Source of the DNA: Lachnospiraceae bacterium
GTDB taxonomy: Bacteria; Bacillota; Clostridia; Lachnospirales; Lachnospiraceae
Direction of reading: 5' to 3'
NCBI GenBank assembly: GCA_036666555.1
Contig: JAVWVS010000004.1
Span: forward strand, 42,731 to 106,730
DNA length: 64,000 nucleotides
Shown: one piece after another, positions 18,726 through 30,190 of the stretch
Layout: every line of letters begins with the position of its first letter
Numbering within the stretch: position 1 is the first letter of the stretch
Position numbers and translations under genes: made by a program
The notes under the pieces: model-generated
Databases searched by the model: none
Told to the model about the DNA's origin: nothing
The model's input: the letters and a program-made list of their open reading frames with translations, nothing else

Positions 18726-19673
18726 TTATAAAGATTCTTCTGTAAGAAATAATGCATTTACAAATGCATTCGCATCAAATTTCTGTAAATCATCTATGGT
18801 TTCCCCTACACCAATGTATTTTACCGGAATCCCCAGTTCGGATTGAATGGCTACCGCAATGCCTCCTTTTGCTGTCCCATCCATCTTTGTCAAGATGATT
18901 CCAGTGATTCCAGCCGCCTCTTGAAAGACCTTGGCCTGATTCAATGCATTTTGTCCAGTAGTCGCATCCAATACCACCAGTGTTTCACGGTACGCTTCCG
19001 GATATTCCCGTTCCAACACCCGATTGATTTTTTTCAATTCTTCCATCAGATTCTTCTTATTGTGAAGTCTTCCGGCAGTGTCACAAAGTAACACATCGGC
19101 ATGTCTTGCCTTGGCTGCCGCCACAGCATCGTAGACAATGGCGGCTGGGTCGGAACCTTCTTGTCCACCAATCAGCTCCACTGACGCACGATCGGCCCAT
19201 TCCTTCAGCTGTTCGCCGGCAGCTGCACGAAAGGTATCTGCGGCCGCTAAAATCACTCTTTTCCCCTGATTTTTTAGTTTTCCAGCCATCTTCCCAATGG
19301 TGGTTGTTTTTCCCACACCATTGACACCAATGACCAGTACTACCGATGTTCGATGTTCAAATTCATATGCGGTTTCACCCACATCCATTTGCGCTTTGAT
19401 GCTATCAATTAACAGCTGCTTACAATCTGCCGGTTCTTTGATATGTTGTTCTTTTACCTTCGCTTTCAAATCTTCGATGATACTGCCGGTAGCACGTACG
19501 CCTAAATCTCCCATAATTAAGATTTCTTCCAGTTCTTCATAAAAATCCTCATCGATGTTCGAAAATCCGTTAAAAAGGCCATCTATTCCGGATAAAATAT
19601 GGTTGCGTGTCTTCGTAAGGCCGGACACCAGCCGTTTAAAAAAACCTGCTTTTTCTTCTTTTTGTTCTTCCAA
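18726..19673 (-). CDS. ftsY: Signal-recognition-particle receptor FtsY
   Basis: GVNGVGKTTTIGK, DTAGR and TKMDGTAKGG motifs. TTG start with AAGGAG 8 nt upstream. Confidence 0.95.
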   Translation of the reverse strand: MEEQKEEKAGFFKRLVSGLTKTRNHILSGIDGLFNGFSNIDEDFYEELEEILIMGDLGVRATGSIIEDLKAKVKEQHIKEPADCKQLLIDSIKAQMDVGETAYEFEHRTSVVLVIGVNGVGKTTTIGKMAGKLKNQGKRVILAAADTFRAAAGEQLKEWADRASVELIGGQEGSDPAAIVYDAVAAAKARHADVLLCDTAGRLHNKKNLMEELKKINRVLEREYPEAYRETLVVLDATTGQNALNQAKVFQEAAGITGIILTKMDGTAKGGIAVAIQSELGIPVKYIGVGETIDDLQKFDANAFVNALFLTEESL

Positions 19674-19685
19674 TTTCGATACTCC

Positions 19686-22600
19686 TTATTCTTTTTTTTC
19701 TTCCTGTTCCAATTCGTCTTCCAATAAATCCACCGATACCAATGCGGACACCCCTTTTTCCTGCATGGTAATCCCATACAATCGGTCTGCAGCAGCCATA
19801 GTGCCACGGCGGTGGGTAATAACAATAAATTGGGTATGCTTCGTAAGTTTATGCAAATATTGGGCAAATCTAGTCACATTGGTGTCATCCAGTGCTGCCT
19901 CGATTTCATCCAATAGACAAAACGGAGATGGTTTTAAGTTCTGTATGGCGAACAATAAGGAAATTGCTGTTAATGCTTTTTCACCACCTGACAGTTGCAT
20001 CATATTTTGAAGTTTTTTACCAGGAGGCTGTGCAATAATTTTAACACCTGCTTCTAAAATGTCTTCCTCTTCCATCAAGGACAATGTTCCTTTGCCACCA
20101 CCAAACAATTGTTTAAATACTTTATCAAACTCCAAGGAGATTTCATCAAAACGTTCTTGAAATTGTTTGCGCATTGCTTGGTCAAGCTCTTCAATAATCT
20201 GCAGTAATACCCCTTCTGCTTCTACCAAATCATCATGCTGCGTTTTTAAAAAGAGATAACGCTCTGATAAGTTTTTATAATCATCGATGGCATTGACATT
20301 GACGCTTCCCAATCCCTTAATATCATTTTTCAAAGCCTGAATCTGTTTTCGCATAAACGTGAGGTCTGTCAGATTGGCATCTCTTAGTTCCAATGCACGA
20401 ACATAAGTCAGCTCATACTCTTCCCACATATAATCAATTTGTTTTTGAGCATTTTCGGTCACCGTATCCCGCCGACTGGATAATCGGAAACTTTCTTTAT
20501 CAAGATCGGTAACACGTTTGGACAATGCTTCCCTGCGGTTCCAAAATGCTTTGTTTTTTTGATTCAGTTGTTCTCTTTTTTCGGTGGAAATTCGAATCTC
20601 TTCTTGAATTTCTGTGAATAATTCTTTGGACTGATCAATGGTTTTTGCCAGTTCTTGAATCTGCGCTTCTTTTCCCTTGATTTCATCAGAAACATCGGTC
20701 TTATTCTTTTGTAATGCCTCTAGTTCTTGGTTGAACTTTTCTACCTCCTCCTGAATACGAATACTATTTTCTAATAAGAAGGCATCTTTTTGTTCCAAAC
20801 TGGCAAATGCCAAATGAACTTTTTCAGAATTCGACAGTTTTTCTGCCTCTTCTTGTTTTGCTTGTTCCAATTCTTTTTGCTGGAATTCAATTTGTTTGGT
20901 GATCTCCGCTTCCAGTTGTTGTGATGTATCTAATTCCACCTGAATAGATACTTGATTTTCCTTGATTTCCAGAACTTCTTGTTCCAGTTCACGACGTTCC
21001 TTATCGATGCGGATAGAAGTCTTTTCGCCTTCTTCCTGTTTTTGTATGATTTGTGACAAGTTCATCTTCGCTGTGTTTTGTACGACATAAGCACGTTGAA
21101 GTGATTGTTGGATGGTTTCTATTTTATTGTAATATTCTGTACGTTCTTTTTTTGCCGCTTCGACAGCAATCTCCATCTCCTGCATTTCTTTTTTCAAAAG
21201 TTGTACTGTTTTTTCAAACTCTTCAATTTCTCTTCGTCTACTCAACAAATTACTGGAGTTCTTAAAAGCACCACCGGTCATTGCACCGCCTGGATTGATT
21301 AACTCTCCTTCTGTCGTTACAATTCGAAGTGACTGGTGGTATTTAGCAGCCAGCGCAGTTCCATGGTCGATTTTTTCCACCACGATGGTTCTTCCCAGTA
21401 AGTGTCTGGCAAGTCCTTGATAGGCATCTTCTACGTTCACCAGCGTATCTGCAAGTCCGATAACGCCCGGTTCCGCCAGTGCATCTATTTGTTTCAGGCC
21501 CTGATTGGCATTGATACTTGCAAGAGGCAGGAAAGTGGCGCGTCCGAATTTGTTTTGCTTTAAATATTGAATCATCTTCTTCGCTGTCTGCGCATCTGTC
21601 GTAACAATATTTTGAATACTGCCTCCCAGTGCCGTTTCAATTGCAATTTCATATTTTTTTTCTACTTTAATAATATCCGCAACAACACCAAGCAGACCCG
21701 GTTCCAGCGTTTTTTTCTCCATCACCTTGCGAATACTGTTTCCATATCCATCATAACGCTCTGTAATATTTTTCAGAGAGTCCAAACGGGATTGCTCTCG
21801 GTGGTAAGCAGTTTGTCCAATACGAAGAGCTTCATTTTGTTTGGTTAATTGCATTTGCAGTTCTTCAATACCCGCTTCATATTCAGTACTCTGTCTGGTG
21901 GATTCCCGAATTGCTTCGGATATTTGCTCTAATTCAGACTCATAATCAAGGCGGAGTGTTTCTTGTTCATCCGTTCCACTTTTCACCTCTAACAGACGCT
22001 TATGTATCTGAGATTTACGGGTCTGAATCTGTTCCTGCATTGTATCATAACGTTGAATTTTTGCCTTGGTAGAAGCTCGGTTGTTTAACAACTCCATGAT
22101 TTCATTTTTACCATTTTCAATCCCCATGGTAACAGAAGCAATCTTGGACTGGACCGATGCTAATTCATCATTGGCCAATTGATCGCTCTTCTCTTTTTCC
22201 TGCAATTGTCCTCGAATAGACTCTTTTTCTTGTTCCAACTCTTCTTTTTGCTGTTGGCGTTTTTCAATTTCTTTCTGAATAGAAAGAAACCGTTGCTCAA
22301 AATGTTCATCGTTGGTACGTGCACTATTGATCTGTTCTTTTAATAATGCAATCTGATTTTCCAATTGCTGTTTTAACAGCGAGGTCTCGTTTAACTGCCG
22401 TTTTGATTTTTCAACCACTGCATCTACCTGATCCACCTCTTCTTCAATGGTTTCGTACTCTGCTTTGGTATCTTCATAGGTTTGATTCGTGGCAGCTAAT
22501 TCTTCTTGTGTAATTCCAAGTTTTTCTTCTAATTGGCCAGTTTCTTCTTTGAGACGATTGGCTTCCACTAAAAACATATTAATATCATACATTTTCAGAG

Positions 22601-23261
22601 TTTCTTTTTTCTTTAAATATTCTTTGGCAATCTCGGACTGCTTTCCCAAAGGTCCGATTTGTTTTTCCAGTTCCGATAAAATATCGTTGACCCGAATCAG
22701 ATTCTGACGTTCTTCTTCCAGCTTCTTCACGGACATATTTTTTCTGCGTTTAAATTTCACAATTCCTGCAGCCTCATCGAACAGTTCTCGACGTTCCTCC
22801 GGTTTTCCATTTAAAATTTTGTCAATCTGTCCCTGACCGATAATGGAATATCCTTCTTTTCCGATACCGGTATCATAAAAAAGCTCATTGATGTCTTTCA
22901 ATCTACAGGCACTTCCATTGATTAAATATTCACTTTCGCCGGATCGATAGATCTTTCTGGTAACCGTTACCTCTTCAAACTCAATTGCCAGTTGGTGATC
23001 CAAATTATCCAGAGTGATTGCTACCGACGCATAACTTAAAGGTTTTCTGCTTTCCGTTCCGGAAAAAATAACGTCCTGCATATTCCCGCCACGAAGCTGT
23101 TTGACTCGTTGCTCTCCCAACACCCAGCGAACGGCATCTGCAACATTACTTTTTCCACTTCCATTCGGCCCTACGATACCGGTAATTCCATTATGAAATT
23201 CAAATACAATTTTATGTGCAAATGATTTGAATCCCTGCACTTCTATGCTCTTTAAATACAT
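19686..23261 (-). CDS. smc: Chromosome condensation/segregation ATPase SMC
   Basis: 1191 aa. Walker [10 protein letters not shown], long coiled coils and a central hinge, C-terminal [16 protein letters not shown] and [10 protein letters not shown]. Confidence 0.97.
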   Translation of the reverse strand: MYLKSIEVQGFKSFAHKIVFEFHNGITGIVGPNGSGKSNVADAVRWVLGEQRVKQLRGGNMQDVIFSGTESRKPLSYASVAITLDNLDHQLAIEFEEVTVTRKIYRSGESEYLINGSACRLKDINELFYDTGIGKEGYSIIGQGQIDKILNGKPEERRELFDEAAGIVKFKRRKNMSVKKLEEERQNLIRVNDILSELEKQIGPLGKQSEIAKEYLKKKETLKMYDINMFLVEANRLKEETGQLEEKLGITQEELAATNQTYEDTKAEYETIEEEVDQVDAVVEKSKRQLNETSLLKQQLENQIALLKEQINSARTNDEHFEQRFLSIQKEIEKRQQQKEELEQEKESIRGQLQEKEKSDQLANDELASVQSKIASVTMGIENGKNEIMELLNNRASTKAKIQRYDTMQEQIQTRKSQIHKRLLEVKSGTDEQETLRLDYESELEQISEAIRESTRQSTEYEAGIEELQMQLTKQNEALRIGQTAYHREQSRLDSLKNITERYDGYGNSIRKVMEKKTLEPGLLGVVADIIKVEKKYEIAIETALGGSIQNIVTTDAQTAKKMIQYLKQNKFGRATFLPLASINANQGLKQIDALAEPGVIGLADTLVNVEDAYQGLARHLLGRTIVVEKIDHGTALAAKYHQSLRIVTTEGELINPGGAMTGGAFKNSSNLLSRRREIEEFEKTVQLLKKEMQEMEIAVEAAKKERTEYYNKIETIQQSLQRAYVVQNTAKMNLSQIIQKQEEGEKTSIRIDKERRELEQEVLEIKENQVSIQVELDTSQQLEAEITKQIEFQQKELEQAKQEEAEKLSNSEKVHLAFASLEQKDAFLLENSIRIQEEVEKFNQELEALQKNKTDVSDEIKGKEAQIQELAKTIDQSKELFTEIQEEIRISTEKREQLNQKNKAFWNRREALSKRVTDLDKESFRLSSRRDTVTENAQKQIDYMWEEYELTYVRALELRDANLTDLTFMRKQIQALKNDIKGLGSVNVNAIDDYKNLSERYLFLKTQHDDLVEAEGVLLQIIEELDQAMRKQFQERFDEISLEFDKVFKQLFGGGKGTLSLMEEEDILEAGVKIIAQPPGKKLQNMMQLSGGEKALTAISLLFAIQNLKPSPFCLLDEIEAALDDTNVTRFAQYLHKLTKHTQFIVITHRRGTMAAADRLYGITMQEKGVSALVSVDLLEDELEQEEKKE

Positions 23262-23273
23262 TTTACACCTGCT

Positions 23274-23963
23274 TTATTTATTCTTTCGCAACGTTAGGAT
23301 GGCATGGTACGCCGCCTTTTGTTCCGCTGCTTTTTTCGTCCTTCCAATTCCGGTACCAAATTCCTTGTCCCCAATCTGCACGGAGACACAAAATGATTTG
23401 TCGTGGTCCGGTCCTTCCTCTTTTAAAAGGTGATATGAGACCATTCCCTCAAAATTGCCTTGTACCATTTCCTGCAGGATAGTTTTGCTATCAAAAAAGA
23501 GTTTTTTATCTTCCAAATCACTTAAGATAAAATGATGGATAAACTCTTTTGCATTAGCAAAACCACCATCCAAGTAAATAGCACCAATCAGCGCTTCTAA
23601 TGCATCTGAGGTAATGGATTCCCGTTTTCGTCCTCCGGTTGCCTCTTCCCCTTTTCCAAGCAGTAAATAAGAGCCCAGATCCAGTTCTCTGGCACAAAAG
23701 GCCAATGCCGGTTCACACACCATACTTGCTCTTGTCTTGGTTAATTCTCCTTCTGGCCGTTCCAGATCTTCAAAAAATAAAAACTCACTGGAAATCAGCT
23801 CCAAAACAGCATCTCCTAGAAATTCCAACCGTTCGTTGCATTGGGATTTTTTTAAATGTTTTTCATTGGCATAAGAGCTATGCATCATGGCATGCTGTAA
23901 AAAATGAAAATCTTGAAATTGATATCCGATTTTTCTTTCTAATATTTTTAAATCTTGATTCAT
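23274..23963 (-). CDS. rnc: Ribonuclease III
   Basis: 229 aa. Signature ERLEFLGDAVLE and a C-terminal dsRBD (GRTKKAAEQKAA). Confidence 0.95.
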   Translation of the reverse strand: MNQDLKILERKIGYQFQDFHFLQHAMMHSSYANEKHLKKSQCNERLEFLGDAVLELISSEFLFFEDLERPEGELTKTRASMVCEPALAFCARELDLGSYLLLGKGEEATGGRKRESITSDALEALIGAIYLDGGFANAKEFIHHFILSDLEDKKLFFDSKTILQEMVQGNFEGMVSYHLLKEEGPDHDKSFCVSVQIGDKEFGTGIGRTKKAAEQKAAYHAILTLRKNK

Positions 23964-23978
23964 ACTTCTCCTTTATAA

Positions 23979-24010
23979 AATAAGAAAGCCCTCACCCGGG
24001 CTTTCTTATT
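23979..24010 (-). terminator. Stem-loop / partial terminator between acpP and rnc
   Basis: 13-bp stem AATAAGAAAGCCC/GGGCTTTCTTATT with a 6-nt loop, U-rich 3' side on the minus strand, directly before the rnc SD. Confidence 0.5.
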
Positions 24011-24017
24011 CATCTGC

Positions 24018-24248
24018 CTAGTTTATTGCATTTTTGATCTGCTCCACTGCATCTGAGACTAAAACAATTTTTTCTGCATCTTCATTAAGAATTTCAATAT
24101 TAAATTCTTCCTCAATCCCCATAATAATCTGAAAGATATCCAGCGAATCCGCTCCCAAATCATCTACAAAAGCAGTTTCTAAGGTTACTTCACTTGTTTC
24201 TACATTTAACACATCCACAATAATTTCCCGTAACTTTTCAAATTCCAT
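24018..24248 (-). CDS. acpP: Acyl carrier protein
   Basis: 76 aa from the internal ATG 24248 (AAGGAG upstream). Phosphopantetheine site DLGADSLD. The ORF-track N-terminal extension overlaps plsX and is rejected. Confidence 0.95.
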   Translation of the reverse strand: MEFEKLREIIVDVLNVETSEVTLETAFVDDLGADSLDIFQIIMGIEEEFNIEILNEDAEKIVLVSDAVEQIKNAIN

Positions 24249-24270
24249 TTTGTTCTCCTTTTCATTTCCC

Positions 24271-25296
24271 CTAATTGGATTTTTCTTCTTCCTGTTTTTG
24301 AATGCTCTCTCTAATTTTCTCCGTAATCCGCTGTTCTTTAAATGCAACACATTGGATAATGGAATTCTTGATTTCTTTTGCTTTGGAGCTTCCATGTGTC
24401 TTTACAACCAGTCCGTTCAACCCAAGCAGCGGTGCCCCGCCATATTCGGTGGAATCAAATGATTTTAACGTTGCTTTCAAAGCCGGTTTTACTAATAGCG
24501 CTCCAATTTTACTGCGTAATGTTGTCATCATACCGTTTTTTACTTTATCAATCAGTACAGCACCTACGCCTTCATATAATTTTAAAATCACATTTCCTAC
24601 AAATGCTTCACAAACGACCACATCTGCTTTGCCTTGTGGGATTTCTCTTGCTTCAATGCTTCCAACAAAATTAATTTCTTTACAAGCCTTTAAAAGTGGG
24701 AAAGTTTCTTTGACCAGTGCATTTCCTTTTTCTTCTTCTGCACCAATATTCACAATCCCTACCCTTGGGTTGGCAATACCCATCACATGTTCCATATAAA
24801 TAGATCCCATCTTTGCAAATTGCACCAAATGTGAAGCACGTGCATCTACATTCGCACCACAGTCAATCAAAAGTGATGCTCCCGTAGCGGTAGGAATCAA
24901 TGGTGCCAGAGGTGTTCTCTCTACTCCTTTGATTCTTCCAGCCAATACCTGCCCTCCTACTAAAATAGCTCCGGAACTGCCGGCGGAAACAAAGGCATCT
25001 GCTTCCTGATTCTTCACCATGGTAAGACCTACGACAATGGAAGAATCTTTTTTCTTACGAATGGCCATAACCGGTGGCTCGGCGGTCTCAATTACCTCTC
25101 TTGCATCGATTATTTCAATTTTTTCTTTGTCATAGGAATATTTGGAAAGTTCCTGTAAGATGATTTCTTCACGACCAACCAGAAATACATGAATATCATC
25201 TCTGCTTGTAACTGCGTCTATTCCACCCTTGATAATCTCCGCAGGGGCATAATCTCCGCCCATCACATCTAATGCTACTTTTGTCATTTTCGACAT
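24271..25296 (-). CDS. plsX: Phosphate acyltransferase PlsX
   Basis: [13 protein letters not shown]-terminus. ATG 25296 has AGGAGGG 6 nt upstream. Confidence 0.95.
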   Translation of the reverse strand: MSKMTKVALDVMGGDYAPAEIIKGGIDAVTSRDDIHVFLVGREEIILQELSKYSYDKEKIEIIDAREVIETAEPPVMAIRKKKDSSIVVGLTMVKNQEADAFVSAGSSGAILVGGQVLAGRIKGVERTPLAPLIPTATGASLLIDCGANVDARASHLVQFAKMGSIYMEHVMGIANPRVGIVNIGAEEEKGNALVKETFPLLKACKEINFVGSIEAREIPQGKADVVVCEAFVGNVILKLYEGVGAVLIDKVKNGMMTTLRSKIGALLVKPALKATLKSFDSTEYGGAPLLGLNGLVVKTHGSSKAKEIKNSIIQCVAFKEQRITEKIRESIQKQEEEKSN

Positions 25297-25369
25297 GCTT
25301 TTCCCTCCTAGCATTGCTACTCATAATTTTACTAAATATTACTACAAAAATCAATAGTTTTTCATACAG

Positions 25370-25399
25370 AAAAGACGCAGAAACAAAATGTTCTGCGCC
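25370..25399 (-). terminator. Intrinsic terminator after rpmF
   Basis: On the minus strand: GGCGCAGAA-cattttgt-TTCTGCGTC followed by TTTT. Confidence 0.7.
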
Positions 25400-25414
25400 T
25401 TTTACTCGTTTTCA

Positions 25415-25594
25415 TTAGTCAACGGAAACGATTTCTTTTTTGTTATAAGAGCCACAAGCTTTACATACTCTGTGAGACATCATTAATGCGCCACATTTGC
25501 TACACTTGATTAAGTTTGGAGCGCTCATTTTCCAGTTTGCTCTTCTCTTATCTCTTCTACCTTTAGAAGATTTATTCTTTGGACAGATTGACAT
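25415..25594 (-). CDS. rpmF: 50S ribosomal protein L32
   Basis: My own translation, since the gene is below the ORF-track size cut-off: MSICPKNKSSKGRRDKRRANWKMSAPNLIKCSKCGALMMSHRVCKACGSYNKKEIVSVD. CxxC...CxxC zinc ribbon. AAGGAGG 8 nt upstream. yceD-rpmF synteny. Confidence 0.92.
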   Translation of the reverse strand: MSICPKNKSSKGRRDKRRANWKMSAPNLIKCSKCGALMMSHRVCKACGSYNKKEIVSVD

Positions 25595-25597
25595 AGG

Positions 25598-26125
25598 TTA
25601 CACCTCCTTAAAATTCTTAAACACATCGCGGATAACTGACATCTGTGGATCCATTCCTGTATCTTCGCAGTCACAAGCTCCTTCATTTAGGTTCTGACCA
25701 CATACGCTGCAAATCCCCTTACAGTTTTCGCTGCACAGAATCTTCATCGGCCACCCTATCAAAATCTCATTATAGAGTAATTTTTCTACGTCAAGATTAT
25801 ATCCGTCAATATAATTTTTTTCATCTAATTCATCTATTCGTTCTTCATAAGCTTCATCTAAATCCACTGTTTTGTGAATGCGTAGTTTAAATTCTGTCGG
25901 TACGGCAGTTAAACAACGATCACAAGGGATTTCAATGATAATTCGACCTTTTCCATGAATGAGAAGTTGCTTCTCTTTTACATGTTCAATTACAATCTGC
26001 ATAGGTTCTTTCGACAACACCCGAAAGGTTCCGGATTTCATCTGAACGTCATCCATCTCCGGCAGTACTGTCTGGTCAATTTCCTTATGTTGTTCGGATA
26101 GTACATCGGATAGGTTAATCAACAT
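25598..26125 (-). CDS. yceD: YceD/DUF177 family protein
   Basis: C-terminal Cys cluster CSENCKGICSVCGQNLNEGACDC and conserved position upstream of rpmF. ATG 26125 has AGGAG 8 nt upstream. Confidence 0.85.
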   Translation of the reverse strand: MLINLSDVLSEQHKEIDQTVLPEMDDVQMKSGTFRVLSKEPMQIVIEHVKEKQLLIHGKGRIIIEIPCDRCLTAVPTEFKLRIHKTVDLDEAYEERIDELDEKNYIDGYNLDVEKLLYNEILIGWPMKILCSENCKGICSVCGQNLNEGACDCEDTGMDPQMSVIRDVFKNFKEV

Positions 26126-26193
26126 ATTCGTTACTCCTATTCTTATATACCTCAATTATTATACCATGTAAAATGATTTTGTCAACTAATTTT

Positions 26194-27384
26194 TTAACAG
26201 TTTACAAGTGCAACTGTTTCCCGTGCAATCGCAAGTTCTTCGTTGGTGGGAATCACCATAACCGTCACTCGAGAATCCGGTGTGGAAATTACGATTTCTT
26301 CTCCACGTTTTCCATTGGCTACTGAATCTATTGTAATTCCTAAATATTCTAAGAATTTACATACTCTTGCACGAATATCACAATCATTTTCTCCGATTCC
26401 GGCCGTAAATACGATGGTATCTACTCCGTTCATGGCTGCTGCATAACTTCCTACATATTTTGCAACTCGGTATGCAAACACCTGTAACGCCAATTCCGCA
26501 TGCTTGTCTCCTTCTTCAGAAGCTTTTCCAAGGTCACGGAAATCACTTGATAATCCGTTGGAAATACCAAACACACCGGATTTTTTATTTAACATCGTCA
26601 TCAAAGCATCAATATCCATATGTTCTTTTTTTGCTAAGAATTCTAAAATTGCAGGATCTAAATCCCCAGAGCGAGTTCCCATTGCCAAACCTTCCAAAGG
26701 AGTCAATCCCATAGAGGTGTCTACGGATTTCCCCGCATTGACTGCACAGATACTGGAACCATTTCCAAGATGACAAACAATGGTCTTCATAGATGGTTTT
26801 CCTAATATTTCAGTAGCTCTTTTCGATACAAAACTATGGCTGGTTCCGTGGAAACCATAACGTCTCACTTTGTATTTTTCATAATACTCATAAGGAATTC
26901 CATACATATATGCCTGTTCTGGCATAGTCTGATGGAATGCCGTATCAAATACAGCAACCATAGGTGTTCCTGGCATTAATTTCTGACAAGCATCAATTCC
27001 AATTAGGTTGGCAGGGTTATGAAGTGGTGCCAGATCATTACACTCTTCAATTGCCTGTAATACTTCTTTGGTGATTACCGTAGAGCTCGCAAATTTTTCA
27101 CCGCCATGTACCACACGATGTCCTACTGCTTTGATTTCATCTAAGCTTTTCACCACGCCGGTTACAGTGTCTGTAAGGGCATCAATTACAAATTGGATTG
27201 CTTCTGTATGTGTAGGCATTGTTTTGTCTACCGTGGTTTTTTCTCCGCCTTCTGGTTGATATGTAAGCTTTCCATCGATTCCGATTCTTTCACAAAGTCC
27301 TTTTGCTAATACCTTCTCTGTATCTGAGTTAATTAATTGAAATTTTAAAGATGAACTTCCACAGTTGATTACTAAAATATTCAT
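26194..27384 (-). CDS. ackA: Acetate kinase
   Basis: 396 aa. [22 protein letters not shown] and GFHGTSH motifs. Confidence 0.97.
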   Translation of the reverse strand: MNILVINCGSSSLKFQLINSDTEKVLAKGLCERIGIDGKLTYQPEGGEKTTVDKTMPTHTEAIQFVIDALTDTVTGVVKSLDEIKAVGHRVVHGGEKFASSTVITKEVLQAIEECNDLAPLHNPANLIGIDACQKLMPGTPMVAVFDTAFHQTMPEQAYMYGIPYEYYEKYKVRRYGFHGTSHSFVSKRATEILGKPSMKTIVCHLGNGSSICAVNAGKSVDTSMGLTPLEGLAMGTRSGDLDPAILEFLAKKEHMDIDALMTMLNKKSGVFGISNGLSSDFRDLGKASEEGDKHAELALQVFAYRVAKYVGSYAAAMNGVDTIVFTAGIGENDCDIRARVCKFLEYLGITIDSVANGKRGEEIVISTPDSRVTVMVIPTNEELAIARETVALVNC

Positions 27385-27403
27385 TTCTATTTCCCTCCCT
27401 TTT

Positions 27404-28399
27404 TTATTCTGCTTGTGCTTGAACTGCTGTAATTGCCACTACTCCCACGATATCTGCTGCGCAGCATCCACGGGATAAATCATTGACGGGTTTTGCAATT
27501 CCTTGTGTTAATGGTCCGTATGCTTCTGCTTTTGCAAGTCGTTCGACTAACTTGTACCCAATATTCCCTGCATCTAAATCTGGGAATATCAAAACGTTTG
27601 CTTGTCCTGCCACAGCGCTGTCCGGTGCTTTTGATTTTCCAATCTCCGGAACAATGGCTGCATCTAATTGCAGTTCGCCATCTAGCAATAGTTTTGGTTC
27701 CAACTCTTTTGCCAGACCAGCGGCTTCGGTTACTTTATCCACATCCGGATGTTTTGCACTGCCCTTGCTGGAATGAGAAAGCATAGCCACTTTTGGTTCT
27801 GCATTGACCAATAATCGGAAAGATGCTGCCGAAGAAATAGCGATGGCTGCAAGTTTTTCCGGGTCCGGATTCTGTTCCAGTCCGCAATCACCAAAGATAA
27901 AGGTACCATCTGCACCCATATCACAATTTGGAACTACCATTACAAAAAATGCGGATACTAATTTTGTACCTGGTTTTGTCTTTAATATCTGCAAACAAGG
28001 TCTTAAAGTATCTGCAGTGGAATGACATGCACCGGATACCATTCCGTCTGCATCTCCCATTTTTACCATCATAACACCATAGTAAAGATAATTCGTCAAT
28101 AAGATTTCTGTTGCCTGTTCTTGGGTCATTCCCTTTTTCTGTCTTAATTCCACCAATTTTGCAATATATGCAGCGGTCTTATCACTTTGCGCTGGGTCTA
28201 CAATAACTGCATCCTCAATGTGGTAGTTCGCTCCATTTTTTGCAATCGTTTCTTTGTTGCCTACTAAAATCAGATTGGCTGTACCTTCTTTTAAAATTGT
28301 CTGTGCTGCCTCATAAGTTCTCTTGTCTTCTGTTTCCGGAAGTACAATGGTTTTCTTATCTGCTTTTGCTCTTGCTTTAATTTCATCAATAAATGCCAT
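27404..28399 (-). CDS. pta: Phosphate acetyltransferase
   Basis: PTA_PTB-family sequence throughout. The N-terminus [12 protein letters not shown] is typical. The ORF-track start at 28420 is 7 codons longer and has a weaker SD. Confidence 0.93.
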   Translation of the reverse strand: MAFIDEIKARAKADKKTIVLPETEDKRTYEAAQTILKEGTANLILVGNKETIAKNGANYHIEDAVIVDPAQSDKTAAYIAKLVELRQKKGMTQEQATEILLTNYLYYGVMMVKMGDADGMVSGACHSTADTLRPCLQILKTKPGTKLVSAFFVMVVPNCDMGADGTFIFGDCGLEQNPDPEKLAAIAISSAASFRLLVNAEPKVAMLSHSSKGSAKHPDVDKVTEAAGLAKELEPKLLLDGELQLDAAIVPEIGKSKAPDSAVAGQANVLIFPDLDAGNIGYKLVERLAKAEAYGPLTQGIAKPVNDLSRGCCAADIVGVVAITAVQAQAE

Positions 28400-28438
28400 G
28401 ATTAAAAAGCCCCTTTCCATTTTTTCTCATATACATTC

Positions 28439-28467
28439 ATTATAGCCCAATACCTTTTTGTATACAA
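28439..28467 (-). promoter_or_regulatory. Putative pta-ackA promoter, -35 embedded in the TTGTATACAA palindrome
   Basis: On the minus strand: TTGTAT (28467-28462), 17 nt, TATAAT (28444-28439). The palindrome TTGTATACAA lies at 28458-28467. Confidence 0.4.
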
Positions 28468-28493
28468 GCCATATCCTGTGTATTTTTTAATAC

Positions 28494-28514
28494 AATTCCA
28501 TGGGGCATGGAATT
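28494..28514 (-). other. Stem-loop immediately after the fucU stop
   Basis: AATTCCATG-ggg-CATGGAATT (9-bp stem). No clear U tract, so terminator function is uncertain. Confidence 0.3.
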
Positions 28515-28515
28515 A

Positions 28516-28956
28516 TTATGAAATTACCACACCTTTTTGTAGCATAATATTTGCATAAAGTGCTTTTTCGCTTGTGGCAATAATGGCATAAGCCGTCTTA
28601 GATTCATCATAAAATGCGAATCGTTCTATATTGCCTACTGCTTTGGCACCTCTTTGGTCATGCTTTTCTACAATTTCTTTGTAAACTTCCCAAATAGGTG
28701 TTTCTACAGTATCGCCTTGCATCACTTCCATTAGATTGACCGGATGTTCCACATAGGTATCCAATGGGAACACCTGTAAAATAGCATCTAATATCTCTGG
28801 CACACCATGTCCATCACATCGTATCACCGTAGCATCTTTTCCCATGGATTCTGCTGGAAAGTTTCCATCTGAAATCACCAATCGGTCACTATGACCCATT
28901 TCGCACAAAACTTTTAATAATTCCGGTGATAAAATACTTGGAATTCCTTTTAACAT
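28516..28956 (-). CDS. fucU: L-fucose mutarotase (RbsD/FucU family)
   Basis: 146 aa. MLKGIPSILSPELLKVLCEMGHSDRLVISDGNFP is the family N-terminus. Last gene of the sugar ABC operon in a fucose context. Confidence 0.85.
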   Translation of the reverse strand: MLKGIPSILSPELLKVLCEMGHSDRLVISDGNFPAESMGKDATVIRCDGHGVPEILDAILQVFPLDTYVEHPVNLMEVMQGDTVETPIWEVYKEIVEKHDQRGAKAVGNIERFAFYDESKTAYAIIATSEKALYANIMLQKGVVIS

Positions 28957-28982
28957 ACTTTTTTCCTCCTATTATGCTTGAA

Positions 28983-29012
28983 AGCTGCCCTAGGATGAAA
29001 CCTAGGACAGCT
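28983..29012 (-). other. Intercistronic stem-loop between the binding-protein gene and fucU
   Basis: 12-bp stem AGCTGCCCTAGG/CCTAGGACAGCT with one mismatch and a 6-nt loop. No strong U tract. Possible mRNA-stabilising or partial terminator element. Confidence 0.35.
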
Positions 29013-29052
29013 CTGATTGTTTATTTTGTTTGTTTCATTTGTTATAAAGTGA

Positions 29053-30120
29053 TTATTCGTATAAACATGGTTTGATATTTTCGTCTTCCATGTTATCTTT
29101 TGTATACCAGAGACATCCTGTATCTACATCAGATACGCTTTCACCTTTTGCTGATTTAACTGCTAATTCTACTGCTTTGTAACCAATTTGTACTGGATCT
29201 TGTGTAATAGAACCTACGAAAAGACCATCTTTGATTGCCTGTAATTGAATTTTACCTGAGTCAAATCCAACACCGATTACTTTGTCAGCGCCAAGTACTT
29301 GTAAGCTCTCATTAGCTGTAATGATATTCTTTGCAGAAAATTCATTAGAACCATAGATTGCAACTAAGTCTTTTTTGTTTAAAAGTGTCTGAGCAACAGT
29401 TACACATGCTGCATCATCAACGGTTGCAGGAATACCAACTTCGATAACCACTTTTGCGCCATCTACTTTTTTGTTGTATTTGTCATGTCCTTCTACAGAA
29501 GTTTTGTCTTCACCAATTGTTTTTACCATTTTGTCAATAAATCCAGAAGTACGATCGCCAATAGATTGAGACGTAGCATCCTGAGCAACAACACCAATTC
29601 TTACGGTGTCAGCTGGATCTGTTACTTTGTCTTTGATTACTTTGTACATTTCGTCTGCTGCCATTTCACCTGCTGCATAGCTATCTGTAGCTGCATTTGC
29701 AACGATTGTCTTTGCTCCTGGTACACCTGAGTCAAATCCAACAACTGGAATCTTTGCTGCATCAGCGTCTGCCAAAGCACCTTTGATAGATTCTGGATCC
29801 AATGCTGCAAGACAAATTGCAGATGGTTTTTTATTGATTGCATTGTTTAATTGCTCTACTTGCTCATCAATTGCACTTTCATTCTTAGGTCCTACAAAGT
29901 TAATAGTCGCACCCATTTCTTTTCCTGCTTTTTCTGCACCAAGCTTTACAGCTTTCCAGAAATCATGTTGAAATCCTTTTGCAACGATTTCTACTGAAAG
30001 ATCACCACTTGCCTTTGTGTCTTCTTTCTTCTCAGTTGCTTCTTCTTTCTTACCGCAACCAACTGCCATGGTAGCTACCATCGCTACACACAATAACACG
30101 CTTACAACTTTCTTCTTCAT
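29053..30120 (-). CDS. Sugar ABC transporter substrate-binding lipoprotein (RbsB-type periplasmic binding fold)
   Basis: 355 aa. Signal peptide with lipobox MAVGCG and a type I PBP fold. AAGGAGG upstream. Confidence 0.85.
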   Translation of the reverse strand: MKKKVVSVLLCVAMVATMAVGCGKKEEATEKKEDTKASGDLSVEIVAKGFQHDFWKAVKLGAEKAGKEMGATINFVGPKNESAIDEQVEQLNNAINKKPSAICLAALDPESIKGALADADAAKIPVVGFDSGVPGAKTIVANAATDSYAAGEMAADEMYKVIKDKVTDPADTVRIGVVAQDATSQSIGDRTSGFIDKMVKTIGEDKTSVEGHDKYNKKVDGAKVVIEVGIPATVDDAACVTVAQTLLNKKDLVAIYGSNEFSAKNIITANESLQVLGADKVIGVGFDSGKIQLQAIKDGLFVGSITQDPVQIGYKAVELAVKSAKGESVSDVDTGCLWYTKDNMEDENIKPCLYE

Positions 30121-30190
30121 GAATCAATTCCTCCTTTTAATTTTGTTTTGTAATATGATAAATCTGCTTACGCAGGCATTACAAACGCTT

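Noticed and set aside
24249-24395. The ORF-track N-terminal extension of acpP (125 aa).
   Set aside because: The extension overlaps the 3' end of plsX. The internal ATG at 24248 has AAGGAG and yields a canonical 76-aa ACP.
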